Below are positions 57,221 through 64,000 of a DNA stretch of 64,000 nt, in pieces. The stretch comes from a virus: positions 64,001 to 128,000 of IMG/VR virus record IMGVR_UViG_3300046744_000223. The stretch is one strand, 5' to 3'. The notes beneath the pieces are model-generated. The model searched no databases. It was not told the origin of the DNA and saw only the letters and a list, made by a program, of their open reading frames with translations. How positions within the stretch are numbered: the first letter of the stretch is position 1; every line of letters begins with the position of its first letter. Made by a program: the position numbers and the translations under genes.

Positions 57221-57271
57221 AGATAAATTGTAAAATTTTCTTGTGACACACGATTCGTTTCCAAAATGGAA

Positions 57272-57898
57272 TTACACGAGGGTGTCGTAATATTCGTTTT
57301 GCTTTTCTTGTCGTTCGATTTGCTTTGGGTGATATAGGGAAAGTTCTTCCATCCAAGGTAAGTTTGATATAGTATCATACCCAACGAGTTTCTCGTGTAC
57401 CTTATTTTCCCAACGAATGTTATCTGAGTTTTTGTAGATTCTCCATTGAGGGTCTGGAAAGTTTACCCAACCCTTATCATCCACTCTCCAACCCCACTTC
57501 TGAATGTGTTCTGATGTAAGTCCTTCTACCGTGTTTACACGTGGTACGAGAATCACATCTACATCATTTGCTTCTAAGATTGCGTGGATATTGTCCATGA
57601 GGGTCTCATTAGGATACTCATCTGCGTCAATCTGAAAAATGTAATCACCATCACAATGTTTGGTAAGTTCATTCTTTAGATTTGCGAAGTGTCCATCGAA
57701 CTCATATGGATGCCATAGGAATAGAGTCTTCTCTGCATTCATCTTACGGAGATATGTTTCTACCATTGGGTCACCATTCTTAGAGTCCCATAGAACCACA
57801 ATCTCATCATGAGGTTGTTTTAGTGTGATTAACTTTTGTAGTAAGGTTTGAATCTCTAAGAACTCATTACATACTGTGACTGCGTAACTGATTTTCAT
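57272..57898 (-). CDS. glycosyltransferase family 2
   Basis: IDADE, W...VHE. Confidence 0.85.
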   Translation of the reverse strand: MKISYAVTVCNEFLEIQTLLQKLITLKQPHDEIVVLWDSKNGDPMVETYLRKMNAEKTLFLWHPYEFDGHFANLKNELTKHCDGDYIFQIDADEYPNETLMDNIHAILEANDVDVILVPRVNTVEGLTSEHIQKWGWRVDDKGWVNFPDPQWRIYKNSDNIRWENKVHEKLVGYDTISNLPWMEELSLYHPKQIERQEKQNEYYDTLV

Positions 57899-57901
57899 AT
57901 C

Positions 57902-58399
57902 TTATATTCCTTTTAAGAAGTCCGGAGTGTCATCCTTTTCAAGACTATCTTCTTGTCTACGTTTTGCTTTAGTATCTATCTTATCGAAGATACCATAATC
58001 ATAGTTATATACCATAACAGTTGATATATTCTTTTCAACTAATGTACGATAACCACCCTTTAACTTCTTATTTCTAATCTCATTAAGGTAAAATTGTTTA
58101 GAGTTTACATCAAGATTTAATTTAGTCAAATCCAACTTTTTTACTTTCGAGGTTGAACTGATTACTTCATTTAATGAAGATGCCATTTTTAGCATTTGTG
58201 GTGGTGCGATGTGTTTTAAGTCTAAACAATGAAAGTATGTTTTAAACTTTGGCTGTAACACGAATACATAATAATCTCGAGCCTCACCAGATACTTTCTT
58301 GTATCTGATTTTAGCTACCATACCTTTCTCTAATTTTGACTTAGGTATACGAGTAGCGTCAGCAATTCGATTTCTATGCATTGTCGTGTAATCAGGCAT
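57902..58399 (-). CDS. hypothetical protein, weakly like T4 gp2 DNA end protector
   Basis: G...IRY...VL...HCLDL.HI.P...YRT pattern. Confidence 0.35.
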   Translation of the reverse strand: MPDYTTMHRNRIADATRIPKSKLEKGMVAKIRYKKVSGEARDYYVFVLQPKFKTYFHCLDLKHIAPPQMLKMASSLNEVISSTSKVKKLDLTKLNLDVNSKQFYLNEIRNKKLKGGYRTLVEKNISTVMVYNYDYGIFDKIDTKAKRRQEDSLEKDDTPDFLKGI

Positions 58400-59718
58400 T
58401 ACTCACCTACTTTCTTTAGTTTTGGTAATTTTAATTCAGTTGGCGTGTCTTTCTTTTTCAAAGTTGGTAACGTTAATCCAACTTGTTGTGGACCATCACC
58501 TACTTTGTAAATGTCAAGTATTTCGGACAATTTACTTGACATATTATCAAGTGTAAAGTTGTCTTTTACATACTTACGATTCTTACGAGACTTCTCAACT
58601 GCTTTCTTATAATTATCGTAGATTGTTTTTAAAGTATGAGCTGCGTCATTATAATTAATTGTAAACCACTTGGACTCTTTCCTAATCCAATTGTTTGATG
58701 CTGATTTGTCTACATTTTGAAGTTCACCACCAACTAAGAAATTAAAATCTGAATTCAAGAAATCTATATGACCACTCCAATTTGATGCAATTATTGGTTT
58801 ACCACTAACACAAGCTTCTAATAATGGTCTACCAAATCCCTCACCACGTGTAAATGATACGTGTGCCTTTACCTTTGGGTGATTATACAATGAATTCATC
58901 TCCTCATCTGAAAGGTCACCATCGAGAATATAGATGTTTGGTAGTATCTTTGAATCAATCATACCTTTAATCATTTCGATTCTCTTTCTCAACTCATGTA
59001 CATTTGTGATGCCAGGCGCCGTGAGAGATGTCTTTAGAATAAGTGCTGGTGTATTCTTTTTGTTTTTAAACGTATTTAGGAATGTGTGAATCAAACCACT
59101 TACGTTTTTTCTATCATGACCTATGTTACCTTGTAACCAATGACCAACAAATAGATATGTAAAAGATTCTTTCACATTACTTAGTACATCATTAACAGAT
59201 TGATGAACTTCAGATTTATTATCGTAAATCTTAGGGTCAAATCCTTCGAATAAAACTTCAACCGGCTTTGTTAGAGATGTTTGACCTACCTTTTCTTTGG
59301 TTTTTTCATTTATTTTATCATAAACCACTTCGAGTGTTTTCTTAGAGTGTTCTGATGAAACCAATGTAAGGTCCATACGATTACACCCATCAATAAATTC
59401 AGCAGATGCATCGGTAGTTTCAATAACAGCCGATACCCCAATGTTAAAGTGACCAACGGGTTGGAACTCACTTGGAATTGTAATCTGCATCCACACGTCT
59501 GGCTTCTGATTTATATTACCACTAATGAGCCTTGATGTTAAGTCTACATCTTCCGTTGTGAGTGCATTTTGAGGTGTATTACCCCATCGTTGTGGTAAGA
59601 TTTTTATATCCCACTCTTCACCTTTGGTTTGAATTAACGAACGGACTAAATCTCTCGAACGGGCACCATACCCACTTCTCGTTGCAATAGGGCAACTAAC
59701 TACACATAACTTTTTCAT
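58399..59718 (-). CDS. glycosyltransferase family 4
   Basis: SGYG, RKN, GEGFGRPLLEA...KPIIA..WSG. Confidence 0.9.
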   Translation of the reverse strand: MKKLCVVSCPIATRSGYGARSRDLVRSLIQTKGEEWDIKILPQRWGNTPQNALTTEDVDLTSRLISGNINQKPDVWMQITIPSEFQPVGHFNIGVSAVIETTDASAEFIDGCNRMDLTLVSSEHSKKTLEVVYDKINEKTKEKVGQTSLTKPVEVLFEGFDPKIYDNKSEVHQSVNDVLSNVKESFTYLFVGHWLQGNIGHDRKNVSGLIHTFLNTFKNKKNTPALILKTSLTAPGITNVHELRKRIEMIKGMIDSKILPNIYILDGDLSDEEMNSLYNHPKVKAHVSFTRGEGFGRPLLEACVSGKPIIASNWSGHIDFLNSDFNFLVGGELQNVDKSASNNWIRKESKWFTINYNDAAHTLKTIYDNYKKAVEKSRKNRKYVKDNFTLDNMSSKLSEILDIYKVGDGPQQVGLTLPTLKKKDTPTELKLPKLKKVGE

Positions 59719-61124
59719 ACTGAATAAATCTCAAATCTTTTACGAGGTGTCCAATTTTCAAGACAACCATCAATTGCGTCAATAAACTTACCACCCATAT
59801 TTTCGGATGCCATCCCACTCTCACCTTGAACCCACTCATGTCCAATATGTCCCACGTATTCTAAGTGGTCTCTACCATCTTCAAGAGCGTTTCCTAACTT
59901 CTCAGCTACATCCATAAAGTCACATCTATCATCGAATATGTATGGTGTTTGTGGTGAACCTTGTAGTGACCTATTAGATGGCCATACAGGATAAACCCAA
60001 CTACCACGTCCTAATAATTCATACTTAGACCATTTTCTTCTATCATGTAGTGACCCAATCTCAACATAATCTTCAGCAGTTAGAATTTCACCTTCCAAAT
60101 CAAAACCACATTGGTCTTGAAGACCACCTGTTACGTTGACTATAATTGGTGTACCAGCTCTCAATGCTTCACAAGAGGCGAGTCCGAAACCTTCATTAGA
60201 AGCTATGTTTAGAATGATATCACCTGAATTGTAATATAGGTTTAAATCTTCGGTAGTGAATTTAGCATCAGTAAATTTATAATCACCATAGTGACCATTG
60301 TGTTTGATTACCTCATTCAAGTCAGTTCCATTGTCATCACTTCGTTGAGTATGGAAGAATAAACATACCTTCTTATCCTCATGTTGTTTTGCAAACTCAT
60401 TGAATGCAAGAACTACATCACCTGGTACTTTTCTACGAATATTTCTATTGTTCCATAGAACTACAAAGTCGTATTCGTTTAATCCAAATCTGTTTTTGAA
60501 TTCCACTAACTTTGCGTCATCCGATGGTAATGGTTTGAAGTGTTTGGATACTCCATGTGGGATATATTTGTATGCCCAATCGTCCTTCGCCATACCATAC
60601 TTCTCAAGAGTTCTCTTGTTTATACCATAGGTTTGTTTTGAGATTGACAATAACATATCACACGATGCATAAAATGGTGCATTCCACATTGGGTCTGGTA
60701 ATGAGTCCCAAATATTGTAATACATAATAGGAACGAACTCTCTTACTTCATGCTCCATATCGTACAACCACTTCCAAAAACGTGGGTCAGTGAAGTGTAA
60801 GATTGCATCAGGTTTCTCAATGTTAATAAGTTGCCTTAATATTTCAGGATTCCCATATCCGCTACTTGCGTATATTTTGAGTGATGCATCTTCTACACCA
60901 GTTTCCTTTTGTGTATCAGCTGAAACATCAAACATCTTACCCTCTTCGGGATGTTTTAGTGCTGCCCCAAGTTGAACCCAATCATACTTATGAATTGTTG
61001 AAAAAACAATCTCTTTTGATTGTGTTGCTATACCACTATGTAATCTGAGGTCATCCGAAAGAAGTAGAATCTTTTTCTTCTTCGGTTTAGTTGGGTCTAC
61101 TTTTCGTAGTTTTGGTAATTCCAT
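59715..61124 (-). CDS. glycosyltransferase family 4
   Basis: PHG, NRN.RRK, NEGFGL...EA...GTP. Confidence 0.9.
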   Translation of the reverse strand: MELPKLRKVDPTKPKKKKILLLSDDLRLHSGIATQSKEIVFSTIHKYDWVQLGAALKHPEEGKMFDVSADTQKETGVEDASLKIYASSGYGNPEILRQLINIEKPDAILHFTDPRFWKWLYDMEHEVREFVPIMYYNIWDSLPDPMWNAPFYASCDMLLSISKQTYGINKRTLEKYGMAKDDWAYKYIPHGVSKHFKPLPSDDAKLVEFKNRFGLNEYDFVVLWNNRNIRRKVPGDVVLAFNEFAKQHEDKKVCLFFHTQRSDDNGTDLNEVIKHNGHYGDYKFTDAKFTTEDLNLYYNSGDIILNIASNEGFGLASCEALRAGTPIIVNVTGGLQDQCGFDLEGEILTAEDYVEIGSLHDRRKWSKYELLGRGSWVYPVWPSNRSLQGSPQTPYIFDDRCDFMDVAEKLGNALEDGRDHLEYVGHIGHEWVQGESGMASENMGGKFIDAIDGCLENWTPRKRFEIYSV

Positions 61125-61180
61125 TCGTAACTATTTCCTTTTTATTTAGTTATAAATATACAAAATATATTTATTAAATC

Positions 61181-63016
61181 CTAATTTTTAAAATACATCA
61201 TATCGTTGATTACTAATATATCAACATCAGACTCATCAAATAATTTCATTGCATCTTCGGGCGTTTCCACAATAGGTTCACCTTTTACATTCAGTGAAGT
61301 ATTTAGTACAACTGGCACACCAGTTATGTCCTTAAATTTAGAAATCAAATCGTAAAATATAGGGTTATGGTCTCTTGTTAAAGTCTGAACACGTGATGTA
61401 TTGTCTATATGAACTGCTGATGGTATTTCTTGTGGCTTTCTACATGGTACAGTATGTAACATAAATGGTGACTCAAAATCCATATTGAACCACTCCTCCT
61501 TATCTTCGGTTAACACTACTGGCGCAAATGGTCTAAACCATTCTCTGAATTTAACTCTTGAGTTTAGAATATCCTTCATCTCTTTATTACGAGGGTCACT
61601 TATAAAAGAACGATTACCCAATGCACGTGGACCTACTTCAGAGTGACCTTGATACCAACACACAATTTTACCATCAGCAATATTTTGAGCAACTACATCC
61701 AAATCTAATGGAACTGCATTTGTGTCAGTTTCAGGTTGGTGGTCATATGTAACACCTAAATAAGCAAGTTCATTTGTAGTGTAGTTAACACGTTTACCAC
61801 CTAAATTAAAGTGATAGTAAAACAATGCCGAACCAGCTGGTATCCCATCATCACCACACGCTGGGAAAAAGTGTATATTCTTAAATTTTGTTTCTTTTAA
61901 TATCTTATAATTTGCGTTACAATTTAAAAATGTACCACCGGCTAAACACAAATTACCATCGTTGAAATTTTTAGTATCTTCATATAATTCATTGATATAC
62001 TTAATAAGAGCACGTTCTAATAAATATTGAATACTTGCAGCAATATCCATGACTTCTTGAGAATCTGATTCTTCTTTTGAATACACTGTTTGGTATATTC
62101 TATTTATAAACTGATAACCTGGTTCTTTATTTACGTACTCTTTACGTGCTGTACTTATGAATGGGTATCTACCACTGATTTCTGAAAATAACCAATCACT
62201 ATATCGGTGATATTCAGTACTAATTTGATTAAATGGGAGACACCACTTTTCCCACTGCTCCATGGTCTTACCATTTACATTACCGAATGAAGATAATCCC
62301 ATTAATGTACCTGCTTTTAATGTTCCCGGCCCTAACCCACAAAACTCAGTAGCTACATCATAGAAGTTCCCCAACATAAATTCAGGAGATTTAAAAGATT
62401 GTAGTATACTACCATTACCAACCATTGAGGTACTACAATTTTTTGGAGTATGCATCGAAGCGTCGGCCGTAAATACAGCTGCCCTTGGAAATGGTGATGT
62501 ATAAAATGCAGCTGCAGCATGGGCAGTATGATGTCTTACAAAGCAACCATTAATTGGTCGGGTGTACCCCTCTATATCAATTATCAATGGAAATGATTCA
62601 CTATGTTGTATCACTTCAGGCCCAAATGGAGGGTCGATGTTGTCTATAAATTCCGGCAGAGATATCCCAAGCCCATCAACATATTCTGGTTTGTATGGAA
62701 ACTCATCCAAGTGGTTGAGTATTCTCGTGTCTTGTCGTTGTGCGCCAAATGTATTAAGTGGATAAACGGAATTGGTTGGGCTGTATAGTTTTATCCAATT
62801 ACAATTATTATAGTTCCAAAATGCCATTGTGATACAATCTATATCATCAATAGTCATTTCGTTTACTTGTAGAAAGTGGTTAAAGAACTCTCTACTTAAT
62901 ACTTCATCTTTCTTTACCCTACTGTATCTTTCAACGCTTAATGATGATACTAATTTGCCATTACGTACTAACGATAATGATGCATCATGGCCGGTGTGCA
63001 TTCCTATTATATTCAT
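61181..63016 (-). CDS. NodU/CmcH-family O-carbamoyltransferase
   Basis: GHDAS, ER..R.K, HH.AHA, MGL, GPRALGNRS, RE.FRPFAP, LNTS.N..GEPIV. Confidence 0.93.
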   Translation of the reverse strand: MNIIGMHTGHDASLSLVRNGKLVSSLSVERYSRVKKDEVLSREFFNHFLQVNEMTIDDIDCITMAFWNYNNCNWIKLYSPTNSVYPLNTFGAQRQDTRILNHLDEFPYKPEYVDGLGISLPEFIDNIDPPFGPEVIQHSESFPLIIDIEGYTRPINGCFVRHHTAHAAAAFYTSPFPRAAVFTADASMHTPKNCSTSMVGNGSILQSFKSPEFMLGNFYDVATEFCGLGPGTLKAGTLMGLSSFGNVNGKTMEQWEKWCLPFNQISTEYHRYSDWLFSEISGRYPFISTARKEYVNKEPGYQFINRIYQTVYSKEESDSQEVMDIAASIQYLLERALIKYINELYEDTKNFNDGNLCLAGGTFLNCNANYKILKETKFKNIHFFPACGDDGIPAGSALFYYHFNLGGKRVNYTTNELAYLGVTYDHQPETDTNAVPLDLDVVAQNIADGKIVCWYQGHSEVGPRALGNRSFISDPRNKEMKDILNSRVKFREWFRPFAPVVLTEDKEEWFNMDFESPFMLHTVPCRKPQEIPSAVHIDNTSRVQTLTRDHNPIFYDLISKFKDITGVPVVLNTSLNVKGEPIVETPEDAMKLFDESDVDILVINDMMYFKN

Positions 63017-63408
63017 TGTATAAATTTAGCAGTTTTACCATTACGACTTAATACTCGTTTAAAATGGTTGAATTCATTTTTTTTAATTTCCCCAAAGAAG
63101 TATAACTTATCTGAACCTCTGACTACACAATCATATTGATGTAAAGGCTGAGTTGGGTGATATGGCTTACCATAATATTCAGATTCCATGCCACTATATA
63201 ATGACATTATAGTATGTGCTGGATTATACTCTATATACTTAACACCTAATTCTAATGAGAACTTACGTACCCATTTTTCTATACCATCAGTGTTTCCACG
63301 TGTTACTAGTATTAATTCTTCTCCAAATTTTTGTTTTAGATTCCAAACGAGTTCTTTTACTTCACCCCTATTCTCATACGTTGGACTCCCCAGCAGTGCT
63401 ATTCTCAT
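63013..63408 (-). CDS. SLOG/YspA-like protein
   Basis: MRIA..GS..YE, RG...G.E..V...A pattern. Confidence 0.6.
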   Translation of the reverse strand: MRIALLGSPTYENRGEVKELVWNLKQKFGEELILVTRGNTDGIEKWVRKFSLELGVKYIEYNPAHTIMSLYSGMESEYYGKPYHPTQPLHQYDCVVRGSDKLYFFGEIKKNEFNHFKRVLSRNGKTAKFIQ

Positions 63409-63904
63409 ATTTTTTGAGTCTTTTTTGAACCTTCCTCCAATACTTCTTGGTTTGTTTTTTTTGTAATCCCTTCGGACCACCATTCCAACACCTAGCGATT
63501 TTTTCATATGAACTTGTTTCGTGATAATAATTTGCAACTATGTTAAACATTTGAATAGATTTATCTCTACTCCATCGGTCTTCTAATGTAAATATGTAAT
63601 CTGAACCTTTTAAATCCAAAATTCGGTTAACTTCTTTTAACATTATTGGTCTAATTTGAAGAACACCAACAGCATCTTCTTTTTTACAATATGCAGACGT
63701 GTCACCACGACTTTCTACCCAAATGATTGCTTCTACTAAATCGTTTAGGTTTCTTAACGAAACGGGTGCTAATTGTACATTTGGGGGTGTTACTTCGATT
63801 TGGTTAATTTCTTTTAAAGGAATATTAATTAAAGATTCCTTTTTTTTAATCATGTAGGTAGATGAAATTAATAAAATAGCAGGTACTAATAGTAACTTTC
63901 TCAT
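63374..63904 (-). CDS. lysozyme/lytic transglycosylase-like protein with N-terminal anchor
   Basis: VES.G, A.G.LQI, AR.WNGG. Confidence 0.85.
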   Translation of the reverse strand: MRKLLLVPAILLISSTYMIKKKESLINIPLKEINQIEVTPPNVQLAPVSLRNLNDLVEAIIWVESRGDTSAYCKKEDAVGVLQIRPIMLKEVNRILDLKGSDYIFTLEDRWSRDKSIQMFNIVANYYHETSSYEKIARCWNGGPKGLQKKQTKKYWRKVQKRLKKYENSTAGESNV

Positions 63905-63907
63905 ATA

Positions 63908-64000
63908 TTAGGATTTGATTCTTTCCTTACGATTACACAACTCACTTTTCTTGAAAGGACAATACTTACAATTCTTGGAGTTCTTACCTGCGATAGCAGG
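63908..64000 (-). CDS. C-terminus of a PD-(D/E)XK/Cas4-like exonuclease (partial)
   Basis: ...NCKYCPFKKSELC... Fe-S cysteine motif before TAA. Confidence 0.6.
   Translation of the reverse strand, partial: PAIAGKNSKNCKYCPFKKSELCNRKERIKS

Noticed and set aside
43485-63016. Bacterial LPS/capsule locus, i.e. a cellular origin for the window
   Set aside because: No wzx/wzy/ABC export genes or housekeeping synteny; embedded among phage-type small ORFs, lysins and single-strand coding.
1-64000. Plus-strand ORFs in the track
   Set aside because: All are antisense shadows of minus-strand genes or tRNAs and show no recognisable motifs.
1-64000. Stop-codon reassignment
   Set aside because: Known genes are full length in code 11; TAA, TAG and TGA all end genes at tight junctions; no suppressor tRNA is seen.

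Overview
AT-rich, gene-dense fragment of a large lytic phage, probably infecting marine Bacteroidota (Flavobacteriia-like). Essentially every credible gene is on the minus strand. Host evidence: about 17 copies of a Bacteroidota-type -33/-7 promoter (YTTG-N20-TAnnTTWR), a T9SS-type C-terminal domain, and Bacteroidota-like ClpS and DUF2805. No core structural genes are recognisable. Layout on + coordinates: 1-4.3 kb, MoxR AAA+/VWA pair; 4.4-7.1 kb, ArfA-like peptide, thioesterase, HxGH nucleotidyltransferase + APS kinase, and a tRNA cluster with five canonical tRNAs plus two covarying, strongly non-canonical tRNA-Gly(UCC)-like genes under their own promoter; 7-15 kb, small early genes and thyA; 15.3-17.0 kb, a largely non-coding hub with tandem promoters and DnaA-, Fur-, IHF- and MraZ-like boxes (candidate genome end/origin/decoy); 17-31 kb, Smr, Nudix, nuclease, J-domain, GroEL/GroES, promoter-bounded gene cassettes and a sulfotransferase; 31.8-36.7 kb, enzymes with T4-like capsid-targeting N-termini, plus ClpS/UVR; 36.7-43 kb, secreted/outer-membrane module with an amidase; 43.5-63 kb, a ~20 kb glycan island with two parallel ulosonic-acid pathways (KdsA and a divergent DAHP-synthase homolog, two CMP-sugar synthetases, two GT29-like enzymes). 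All calls come from reading motifs by eye; no database searches were run.
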